A stretch of DNA of 64,000 bases from the IMG/VR virus record IMGVR_UViG_3300043178_000087. One strand, given 5' to 3'. The notes below the pieces were generated by a model. It made no database searches and was not told the origin of the DNA. It saw only the letters and a list, made by a program, of their open reading frames with translations. Shown piece after piece: positions 46,510 through 54,396 of this stretch. Each line of letters starts with the position of its first letter. Within the stretch, counting starts at the first letter, position 1. The stretch is from a virus. Both the position numbers and the translations under genes were made by a program.

Positions 46510-46752
46510 GTGTCGCAGGGCCGTCCCAAAAGGGCGGTCAGCCCGAATCAACGGGGTGGGCGTTAACGCCCACGGACTCCGATCAAAAGGGGCCGTCTCC
46601 TGCCGGAATCAACCGGCTGCGCGACCAAACTTGTTCTGCGGCTGCGGCGGATCGCCACGTTGATTAATCCGCGAGTGTAAGGTCGACCTGTCGCAGCCGC
46701 ATTACTTTGGACGAAGATGTTCTACGAACAAGGCGGAGCCCTGTCGCAGGCG
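46510..46752 (+). ncRNA. Candidate structured ncRNA (~240 nt)
   Basis: Promoter-driven, ORF-free, with multiple hairpins and nested long-range stems. Confidence 0.6.
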
Positions 46753-46761
46753 CTCGCCAAG

Positions 46762-46789
46762 TTGACAAATCCAGCCATAGAAACATAGT
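46762..46789 (+). promoter_or_regulatory. Promoter TTGACA-16-CATAGT
   Basis: Followed by an AGGAGG RBS. Confidence 0.75.
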
Positions 46790-46807
46790 AAAGTAGGAGG
46801 ATTGACC

Positions 46808-47662
46808 ATGAGAAAGATCGTGTGGCTGCCCATCCTGTTGCTGATCCCCAACTTCGTGTTCGGGGCCGGGCAGGACGACCTCAAGGAGGGGAAGACCCTG
46901 CTGGTGGCGGGGGACTACGACAAGGCGTTCCCGCTCCTCGCCAAGAGCGGCGACAAGCTGCTGGCCCCGCTGGCGGAGCTGGAGCTGTCGAAGCCCACGG
47001 ACTTCATGGCGACGGCGGCGGCCTACAAGGACGCCGTCAAGAAGGCCCCGGCGGTTCTCAAGCTGACGCTCGTGGACCGGATGGTCTACTGGTACGGGAA
47101 GAAGTGGCACAGCACCGTGGACGAGAAGGAGAAGGCGGAACTGCGGAAAATCTTCAACCAGATCGAGCCGGTTCCTCCCGGCGCGGACAAGTTCGGGAAG
47201 CCCGGACCGCAGCCCTCCGGCTGGAACTGGGACTACAAATTTGGATGCAACGTGGAGCAGGAGTTTGCCCGCAGCGGCAAGTTCGCTGGCAAGGTGGTCA
47301 GCACCGATCCACCGCCCGCCGGTCGCCAGATGCTTGCCACCATCCCGATCCCTGCTGCGGCTGGAAAGACCTACACCCTGACGGCGTGGGTATTCTCGAC
47401 CGCGAACGTGGATGCGGGTTGCGGCCTCCAGCTACTGGACATGGACGGCGGGACGCTCAAGCAGGTTGGGAAGGGCGTTCCGCAGGACAGCCCGTTCTGG
47501 CAGAAGGTAAGTACCGAAGTCGTAGCCCCGGAGGGGACGTTCAGGATCGTGTTCTCCGTTGTAGCCAAGGGGATGTCCAAAGGGGCCATCTGGATCGACG
47601 ACGTTTCTATCAAGATGGACGGCGTGGAAGTCCTCAAGAACGGCGGGTTCGAGGGGAAGTAG
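46808..47662 (+). CDS. Secreted protein with a carbohydrate-binding-module-like (CBM4/9-like) domain
   Basis: Signal peptide; GKTYTLTAWV..WQKV..AIWIDDVSI..LKNGGFE. Confidence 0.6.
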   Translation: MRKIVWLPILLLIPNFVFGAGQDDLKEGKTLLVAGDYDKAFPLLAKSGDKLLAPLAELELSKPTDFMATAAAYKDAVKKAPAVLKLTLVDRMVYWYGKKWHSTVDEKEKAELRKIFNQIEPVPPGADKFGKPGPQPSGWNWDYKFGCNVEQEFARSGKFAGKVVSTDPPPAGRQMLATIPIPAAAGKTYTLTAWVFSTANVDAGCGLQLLDMDGGTLKQVGKGVPQDSPFWQKVSTEVVAPEGTFRIVFSVVAKGMSKGAIWIDDVSIKMDGVEVLKNGGFEGK

Positions 47663-47995
47663 ATGCGCGTGATGTACGTCGTGGGTTGGGAGTTCGCGGA
47701 CCCTTCCATCGTCTTGGAGACCGACCGGCGGTTGGCGGTCCAGAAGGTGCTGGAGTCCGCGTGATCGTCTGGCGATGCCCGGCTTGCGGCTGGATCGGCC
47801 AAGAGCTTAGGAGGTGCCGTCCCGAGCAGCCGTCCGACAGCTGTTTGGGGCATTGTCCGAAGTGCGACGTGGACGTGATGCTGGACAGGCTTTCGGATCT
47901 GGAAGCCGCCGTCTGGTATGGTCAGCAATCCGCGAAGTAGACGAAACCCCACGCCGCGTCGTACACTCAGGCAGGAGAGCGCCTTTGGGGGAGAC

Positions 47996-48256
47996 ATGGG
48001 CGAGAAGTACTGCGAGGTCTGCACCATCAACGTTGCGGCGATGCGCGACACTCGCGAGTTCCGCAACATCGAGAACGCCCCGGACGCCCACGAGTTCGTC
48101 GTCTGCGGCAAGTGCAGCCGCCTCAACAACTTCTGGTTCGCCCGGCTGTGGCGGGCCAACGACAAGGAGCGCGTGCTGACCGAGCTTCTTGAGGGGTCGT
48201 GGGAGAACTGGGCCGCCCACCGCGACGATCCACCGGAAAACGACGAAGAGGCTTGA
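47996..48256 (+). CDS. CxxC hypothetical protein
   Basis: CEVC..CGKC; GGAGA RBS. Confidence 0.6.
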   Translation: MGEKYCEVCTINVAAMRDTREFRNIENAPDAHEFVVCGKCSRLNNFWFARLWRANDKERVLTELLEGSWENWAAHRDDPPENDEEA

Positions 48257-48280
48257 CAAAGCAAAGTCATAAGTTATAAT
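48253..48280 (+). promoter_or_regulatory. Promoter TTGACA-16-TATAAT
   Basis: Perfect hexamers. Confidence 0.85.
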
Positions 48281-48285
48281 ACGGC

Positions 48286-48358
48286 ATCGAGACTTTCCCT
48301 CTCTCGGCATGGCGGGGGACGGACCCGCAACGGGTTTTCCCCCGCCTGCTTCTTTTTT
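48286..48358 (+). ncRNA. Candidate small RNA (~70 nt) with intrinsic terminator
   Basis: Promoter, 5' hairpin, GC stem 48311-48346, then a T-tract. Confidence 0.55.
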
Positions 48359-48362
48359 GCTG

Positions 48363-48391
48363 TTGACAAAGCGCGGCTTCAGGCGTATAAA
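48363..48391 (+). promoter_or_regulatory. Promoter TTGACA-17-TATAAA
   Basis: Directly after the sRNA terminator. Confidence 0.7.
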
Positions 48392-48392
48392 T

Positions 48393-48648
48393 TGACAGTA
48401 GCCCCGGTACAGGTGTTTGGACCACTTGTAACGGGGCCGGTAACAAGGCAGCGGTCGGAGAGGCCCCGGTGTTTGACGCCCGGCGTTGTACTGTCTTCGC
48501 ATCTCAACCCCTTGTAGAGGGTGTTGGGCGTGCTGTGGGATGGTCGGTACCGAAAAGTTTTGGCTGGCTCAGGCCGGTCAGACGCCTCTTCGCTGCCTTC
48601 CGACCTGCCACGTCCAACACGTCCGACGCTCTCTACAAGGGGTTTTTT
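48393..48648 (+). ncRNA. Candidate structured ncRNA/leader (~250 nt) upstream of the replication module
   Basis: Stems GACAGTA/TACTGTC and AACCCCTTGTAGAG/CTCTACAAGGGGTT, followed by a T-tract. Confidence 0.55.
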
Positions 48649-48659
48649 ATTTCCCCTCA

Positions 48660-48676
48660 ACTGCACACTATGCAGT
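48660..48676. promoter_or_regulatory. Palindrome copy 5 ACTGCA-CACTA-TGCAGT
   Basis: Between the T-tract and the RBS of the first replication-module gene. Confidence 0.65.
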
Positions 48677-48689
48677 CGGAGGGTGTCCG

Positions 48690-49121
48690 GTGAGCCAAGA
48701 CAGGCTGGTTGAGACCTACAAGGAGTGGGTTGAGGTCGCAGGAGGAAAGCAGGAGTTCGACCGCCAGTTCTACAATTTCGACTTCCCCGGCCTTCAGCCT
48801 TGGTACAAGACCGTCTTCAAGGGCATCGTCTACTACCTCACCGAGGACGAGCTTTCTTCCGCCAAGCAATTCGCCGAAGAATGCTGCATTTCCATGGCGC
48901 AGCTCGACCAAGCGGTGGAGTTCTGGAAAGAGCTGGGTGTCTGGAGCTGGGTAGACAATCCTGACGGCATCCGCGAGTTCTTCTTCCTGAAGTCTCCTCT
49001 AGATGTCCGGGTCCAGCTCATCGTCCAGATCGACGGCAAAACCACAGTCAACACCACCGATGTTTCCGAGATCGAAAACCTTACGAAGAATGGGAGGGGG
49101 ACCGTTCGTGGCGAAAACTAG
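48690..49121 (+). CDS. Hypothetical, possible winged-HTH protein
   Basis: GGAGG RBS. AEECCIS..QL..AV.FWKELGV resembles the HTH of the next gene. Confidence 0.55.
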   Translation: MSQDRLVETYKEWVEVAGGKQEFDRQFYNFDFPGLQPWYKTVFKGIVYYLTEDELSSAKQFAEECCISMAQLDQAVEFWKELGVWSWVDNPDGIREFFFLKSPLDVRVQLIVQIDGKTTVNTTDVSEIENLTKNGRGTVRGEN

Positions 49122-50424
49122 ACCTAACAGGAAGAACCTTTCGCTGAAAGTCCGTTGGTACTGCGAGGCTGGCGGGGCCTTCGCGTTCTCCGAGAAGCTG
49201 TCCGCCCTGAAGGTTCCTAACAGCTACAAGGAAGTCCTGCGGACTCTTTTGCGGCGCATCCGACCCAAGGGCGAAGGTGGGGCGTTCCCGTCCCTCCCCC
49301 GCATCGCCAAGGACTCCAACCTTAGTCGTATGACGGTCGTCCGCGCCCTTCAGTTCTGGAAGAAGCACGGCGTCCTGACGTGGACGGCGGACGTTGGCGG
49401 CTCCAACGAGTACACCCTGCTGAAGTCGCCTCTGACCGTACCCCAGTACCACGGTGGTACTACCCCCCAGTACCACGGTGGTACTACCCCCCAGTACCAA
49501 ATTGGTACGGTAATGGGAACTAAAGATCTTCGTAAGCAAATGGAAGTTTTTCGTAAGGGAGGCGAACTCGACTGCGGTCGAGGTTCGCAGACCACCCTGA
49601 CGGGGGTTACCGACGACGGGGGACGGCCTGGCGTATCTGGTGTACCCCTTCCCCCCATTCCGCGGCCCCCCCTTCCGTCGATTGACAAAATCAGGGTTGT
49701 CGCTTCTGTCGTCATGGACAACATCGAGGGGTCCGAAATGCCCCAGGATCGATTGAAAAGGATCGGGACGGGTCAGACTACCACCCAAGCCGTTCTGACG
49801 CGGCCTGTGGCCGCCTGCGAAGCCGGGCATGGCGGTGTTCCGGTGGAGGTCCAAGCTTCTGAATCTCGATTTGAACTGGAGGAGGGTTACATGAACTGGA
49901 GGTACGGAGGGAAGGTCTCGATGGGACCGGCGGCGGCCCCCAAGGCTATGGACATGATCGAGGTCACTCAGGCTGATCTGGACGCGGATGCCGCGAAGGA
50001 AGGCAGCAAGAAGGTCCAGCAGAAGGCCAAGCGCAAGGGCCGCCTGTCGGAGGCGTATGGCGTCTGGGCCAATCTCCGCAACAAGGCCAAGGCGAAGCTG
50101 GGCATGGATCTGCCTGGACTGGTGCCCTGCGACGCCGAGCTGCTTCAGGACGTCATTGACACCGATGGTTACGGCGTGGCCGTGGTGATGCAGATGGTGG
50201 ACACCGTGGTGGACTACTGGCCGTCCGTCAAGGAGCAGCTCAAGTGGCGCATCGCCCAGCCCACGGCGAACCTGTTCTACTACAAGGCCCCACAGCTCCG
50301 CGACCCCAAGAACTTCATCGGCAGGGGGACCCATTGGGCTAGCCCGGACGTCGGCGATGCCGCCCGGAAGGCCGCCGAGGAGTTCAAGGCCCAGATGCGG
50401 GCCAAGAACGGGAAGGCCGTCTGA
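49108..50424 (+). CDS. Replication initiator (N-terminal HTH, lambda O-like organisation)
   Basis: FPSLPRIAKDSNLSRMTVVRAL..KKHGVL HTH; internal iterons; followed by a DnaC-like ATPase. Confidence 0.7.
   Translation: MAKTRPNRKNLSLKVRWYCEAGGAFAFSEKLSALKVPNSYKEVLRTLLRRIRPKGEGGAFPSLPRIAKDSNLSRMTVVRALQFWKKHGVLTWTADVGGSNEYTLLKSPLTVPQYHGGTTPQYHGGTTPQYQIGTVMGTKDLRKQMEVFRKGGELDCGRGSQTTLTGVTDDGGRPGVSGVPLPPIPRPPLPSIDKIRVVASVVMDNIEGSEMPQDRLKRIGTGQTTTQAVLTRPVAACEAGHGGVPVEVQASESRFELEEGYMNWRYGGKVSMGPAAAPKAMDMIEVTQADLDADAAKEGSKKVQQKAKRKGRLSEAYGVWANLRNKAKAKLGMDLPGLVPCDAELLQDVIDTDGYGVAVVMQMVDTVVDYWPSVKEQLKWRIAQPTANLFYYKAPQLRDPKNFIGRGTHWASPDVGDAARKAAEEFKAQMRAKNGKAV
49441..49510. repeat. Three 24-bp-period iterons with internal dyad (putative origin)
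   Basis: AGTACCACGGTGGTACT x2 and AGTACCAAATTGGTACG, followed by an AT-richer tract. Confidence 0.75.
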
Positions 50425-50990
50425 TGAACCTGCTCAACGCCAAGCGGGAGCTGACGGAGAAGACCCGGATCTTGGCCGACGTCTGGCCGGAGCATTGGAA
50501 CTACGATCTGCGGCACTTCCACGAGGAGACGTCCATCGGGATGGCTCTGCGTGCCTTCGCCACGGAGATGCGGGAGAACCTGAAGGCAGGCCGGGGCATG
50601 ATCCTCTGGGGGGAGTACCACACCGGCAAGACCTGCGCCGCCGCCGTCCTGCTCAAGGAGGCGATGGCGTGGGGGGCCTTCGGCCTGATGCTCCACATGA
50701 ACCAGATCGGCGACGTCATCATGGAGCGCAGGCACACCGGGGCCGGGCAGGAGATCTGGAAGAAGGCGTACTACGTCCACGCCTTGGTGATCGACGAGCT
50801 GAAGACGGTGCCCGCCGGGTTCGCCGACAAGATGGCCGACCTGATCCGCTACCGGGCGGGCAACCGGCTCTCGACGTTCGTGACCACCAACCTGAAGCCC
50901 AACGAGCTGGAGGCCACCCTCAACCACGGGACCTACCAGAAGCTGGCGGACAAGTCGGTGATCGTCCCGGTGACGGGGTGGAACGTATGA
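50424..50990 (+). CDS. DnaC/IstB-like helicase-loader ATPase
   Basis: LWGEYHTGKT, LVIDEL, TFVTTNL. Confidence 0.8.
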   Translation: MNLLNAKRELTEKTRILADVWPEHWNYDLRHFHEETSIGMALRAFATEMRENLKAGRGMILWGEYHTGKTCAAAVLLKEAMAWGAFGLMLHMNQIGDVIMERRHTGAGQEIWKKAYYVHALVIDELKTVPAGFADKMADLIRYRAGNRLSTFVTTNLKPNELEATLNHGTYQKLADKSVIVPVTGWNV

Positions 50991-51208
50991 TCCCCGACTA
51001 CCGCCCCGGCACGCGACTTGGCCCCGAGAAGCCTCTGGACAAGCCGCCGAGGATCGGTCGTCGTCACACGCCCATTCCGAACAAGTTTCGTGAAGAGGTG
51101 CGGGTCGGCGACAGATATGCGCCATGTCCGGGTTGCGGGAACATCTACAACATGACCATGCGGCGGTGTTGTCCGAACTGCGCCTGCTCTTCCAAGAAAG
51201 GCTCTTAG
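50987..51208 (+). CDS. Small Cys-rich protein
   Basis: CPGCG..CCPNC; coupled start. Confidence 0.5.
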   Translation: MIPDYRPGTRLGPEKPLDKPPRIGRRHTPIPNKFREEVRVGDRYAPCPGCGNIYNMTMRRCCPNCACSSKKGS

Positions 51209-51219
51209 GTTTCAAAGCT

Positions 51220-53850
51220 ATGAATCTCGACGGCATCATCGTCAAAAAACTGGTCAAACAGGGCGGTCTCGCTGAGGCGACCAAGCTTGGGCTGACCCCG
51301 GCCATGCTGTTCAGCGAGGGCCGCGACGGTCTCGCTTTCGTGACCGAGCATTTCACCAAATACGGGACTCTTCCCGACTGGGACACGCTGGTGGACGAGA
51401 TCCCGGCCATGAACGACGTGGACGACAACGGGATCAGCGAACCGCTGGAATACCTTGTGGACAAGGTACTTTGGCGGTTTCGCGGCAACCTGATTCAGGA
51501 CGGAATGGCGAAGGCCACCAACTTCCTGTCTTCGTCCAAGCCCGACGAGGCCATGAAGGTCCTGGGCGAAGCCGTAAGCAGAGCACAGGAGGCCGTCCGG
51601 GATGCGAAGGCGTCCACCGTCATCATGACCGAGAAGGCGGACATCGACGAGGCGTGGGCGGACTACCAGCACCGCAAGGCTCTGGGCGGACAGCCTGACG
51701 GGCTTCCGACGCCGTGGCCTGCCATCACGAACGCCACGATGGGCATCCATCCCGGCGAGCTGTGGTTCATCGTCGCCCGCCTGAAGACTGGCAAGTGCAT
51801 CGACGGAGATACGCTCATTCCTGACCCGGTGACTGGCGAATGGCGGACCATCAAGCAGGTGTACGAAACCCGCGCTGAACGCGGACGCGTGCTGACCTTG
51901 AACAACAAGGCGAGCATCGAGGCTACCACTCCTACCGAGTACTGGGACAGCGGAATCAAGGAATGCGTGGAGGTTGTTACCAGATCCGGTTTTCGGCTGA
52001 CCGCACCGCCTAACGATCCTCTGTTTACTCCCGATGGGTGGGTGAAGTTGGAAGACCTCAAGCCCGGAGTGCAGTTGGCTGTTGCGGCGCGTGTGCCGGA
52101 ACCTGAGTGTCCCGAGCCGATGCCTGATTGGGAAGTGGACCTTCTGGCGGGAATGATCGCCGAAGGCGGAACCACCGGCAGACAGGCAACGTTCACCAAT
52201 CTTGATCCGGCTATCGTTTCACGCATCAAGACGGCGGTCGCTTCCGTGGACTGCCAGCTGAAGCAGTATCGTGGAGCGAATCCTTGTGAGTGGGTCATCA
52301 CCACTACGCAAAAGCTGGCGCACCTCCAGAAGACGGGCATTCGACTGTTGATGGAGAAGCACGGTTTGTGGGGTGTTCGTAGTACCGATAAGAGCATCCC
52401 CAACGCGGTGTTCAAGCTGCCGAATTCACAACTCGCCCGGTTTCTCGGGATGCTCTGGTCTTGCGACGGGAGCGTACACGCCAGATGCGGAACGTTGACG
52501 TATGGCGTCGTATCGAAGCGGTGCGTCGAGCAGGTTAGGCAACTCCTGCTCCGGTTTGGAATCTCGTGCGTTCTCCGTGAAAAAAGCAGCAGGCTTTCCG
52601 ACGGGCGTCCGTACGTGTCGTGGGAGCTGACGGTCAAAGGTGAAAGCAAAGATGCTTTTGTTGCGAACATCTCGTTGGTTGGAGCGAAGGCCGAGCGTAT
52701 CAAGGGAGCTGTTCCTGACCGTCGTCATCCCGTGTACGACTATGTGACCGCCTCTTCTCAGACGCGGGCTTGGATCAACGATACCGTGGCGCGGTCTGGA
52801 AAAACGTGGGCTGATTTCTGGGCGTGGTGCGGCTGGTCGTCCAATAAGGACGGCCGAAAGTCCAGCGGTGTTCGTGGGCTGATAAATCCCGCTACGCAGC
52901 ACATCCCGAGGACCCGGCTTCGGAAGTTCGTGGAGTTCTTCAAGCCTGAAGGTCGTGAAGAGCTGACGAGCCCTGATATTTGGTGGGACGAGATCGCATC
53001 CATCAAGCCGGTCGGCAGGCGGCATGTTTACGATTTGACCATTGACGGTTCTCACAACTTCGTTGCTGCCGGGGTTATTGCGCACAATACGTGGGCCTTG
53101 TCGCTGTTCGCCCGCGAGACGTGGGAAGTGGCGAAGAAGCCGCTCCTGTTCGTCACGATGGAGATGCAGCCCAAGCGCATCCGCCGTCGTCTGCACGCGC
53201 TGTGCGGACGCTTCCCGTGGGGCGACTTCCTCAAGGCCAAGCTGAACCCGGAGGTGGAGAAGAAGTACCGGGACTTCCTTGACAGCCTGAACGGGATGCC
53301 GAAGCTTGTCGTTGTGGGGTCGGATCGCGTCTCCAAGCCCCGTGACGTGGAGATGCTGATCGAGCAGGAGAAGCCGGGGCTGGTCATCATCGACGGCGTG
53401 TACTTCATGTCCGGCAAGGGTGACGCCGGATGGGAGCGGCTCAACGATGCGGTGACCGGCATCCAGCGTATGGCCATCAAGAAGAACGTTCCCATCCTCG
53501 CGTCCAGCCAGTTCAACAAGGGCGTCGGCAAGGACACCGACGAGGCGCAGGCGTCCGACATCGGTTACGCCTACGGCATCGCACAGGCCGCCGACGTCCT
53601 CATGGGCATCTACCGCACGCCCGAGCTGGAAGAAGTCAACCGCATGAAGATCGAGCTGATGGAAACCCGAGACACGCCCAAGGCGGCCATCCTCGCCAAC
53701 TGGAACCTGACCACGATGGACTTCACGCAGGCCGAGGTGTTGTCGGACGGCAACGATGGCCTTCCCATGGGAGGCCCGGCGGCCGTGGATGCCATGTCGG
53801 CGTCCGTCGGCACCGAGCCCGAATCGGAGAATGGAGGAGTGGAATACTAG
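51220..53850 (+). CDS. dnaB: DnaB-like replicative helicase with intein
   Basis: ARLKTGK|T, FVTMEM, VIIDGVY, SQFNK, DIGYA..QAADV. Confidence 0.9.
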   Translation: MNLDGIIVKKLVKQGGLAEATKLGLTPAMLFSEGRDGLAFVTEHFTKYGTLPDWDTLVDEIPAMNDVDDNGISEPLEYLVDKVLWRFRGNLIQDGMAKATNFLSSSKPDEAMKVLGEAVSRAQEAVRDAKASTVIMTEKADIDEAWADYQHRKALGGQPDGLPTPWPAITNATMGIHPGELWFIVARLKTGKCIDGDTLIPDPVTGEWRTIKQVYETRAERGRVLTLNNKASIEATTPTEYWDSGIKECVEVVTRSGFRLTAPPNDPLFTPDGWVKLEDLKPGVQLAVAARVPEPECPEPMPDWEVDLLAGMIAEGGTTGRQATFTNLDPAIVSRIKTAVASVDCQLKQYRGANPCEWVITTTQKLAHLQKTGIRLLMEKHGLWGVRSTDKSIPNAVFKLPNSQLARFLGMLWSCDGSVHARCGTLTYGVVSKRCVEQVRQLLLRFGISCVLREKSSRLSDGRPYVSWELTVKGESKDAFVANISLVGAKAERIKGAVPDRRHPVYDYVTASSQTRAWINDTVARSGKTWADFWAWCGWSSNKDGRKSSGVRGLINPATQHIPRTRLRKFVEFFKPEGREELTSPDIWWDEIASIKPVGRRHVYDLTIDGSHNFVAAGVIAHNTWALSLFARETWEVAKKPLLFVTMEMQPKRIRRRLHALCGRFPWGDFLKAKLNPEVEKKYRDFLDSLNGMPKLVVVGSDRVSKPRDVEMLIEQEKPGLVIIDGVYFMSGKGDAGWERLNDAVTGIQRMAIKKNVPILASSQFNKGVGKDTDEAQASDIGYAYGIAQAADVLMGIYRTPELEEVNRMKIELMETRDTPKAAILANWNLTTMDFTQAEVLSDGNDGLPMGGPAAVDAMSASVGTEPESENGGVEY
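51796..53088 (+). mobile_element. LAGLIDADG intein in the DnaB Walker A (431 aa)
   Basis: CIDGDT...VYDLTIDGSHNFVAAGVIAHN|T; LAGMIAEG and LGMLWSCDG. Confidence 0.92.
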
Positions 53851-54042
53851 TGGGATACGAGAGCGTGAGCAACAACGCGGACGAACTCCGTCGCATCGAA
53901 CAGATGCTCAACCGTCGGATCGACGAGAAGGAGAAGTCCATGGTCATCCTGATCGAGCAGCGTGACCGCGTGCGGGCCAAGCTTGCGAGCATGGGCGTCA
54001 ATCTCGAACCGCAGTCGTGCTAACATGACGGCGGAGGTGAGT

Positions 54043-54396
54043 ATGGGCAACTGGACGATTCGGCGGGAGTGGCTGGTTCCTCGTGAGTGGCCGTTCCGCC
54101 AGCCGCTCGGGCAGCCGGTGCTTCAGGACGCGCCGTGCGGTCCAGTGCATCCCGATCCGTCCCAGCTTCCTCCGCTCATGATCCATCCGCTGCCCGACCG
54201 TTTCGAGCTGTCGGAGACGGAGCTGGCGCGGATCATGGAGGCGTACGCGGATCTTCCGGCCGACGACAAGACCGTGGATCTGCTCTTCAACACGATGCGG
54301 AACAACGGCTTCGGCGTGGTGGAGATCAAGGTTGTGGACGGCGGGTACAAGATCGAACTGACCAACGGCTGGGTCTACTGGGTGAATGCCGCATGA
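54043..54396 (+). CDS. Hypothetical protein
   Basis: GGAGGT RBS; coupled to the primase gene. Confidence 0.6.
   Translation: MGNWTIRREWLVPREWPFRQPLGQPVLQDAPCGPVHPDPSQLPPLMIHPLPDRFELSETELARIMEAYADLPADDKTVDLLFNTMRNNGFGVVEIKVVDGGYKIELTNGWVYWVNAA

Noticed and set aside
48506-48644. Calling the rod-like RNA a 6S RNA
   Set aside because: No clear central bubble or sequence hallmarks; kept only as an unclassified ncRNA candidate.
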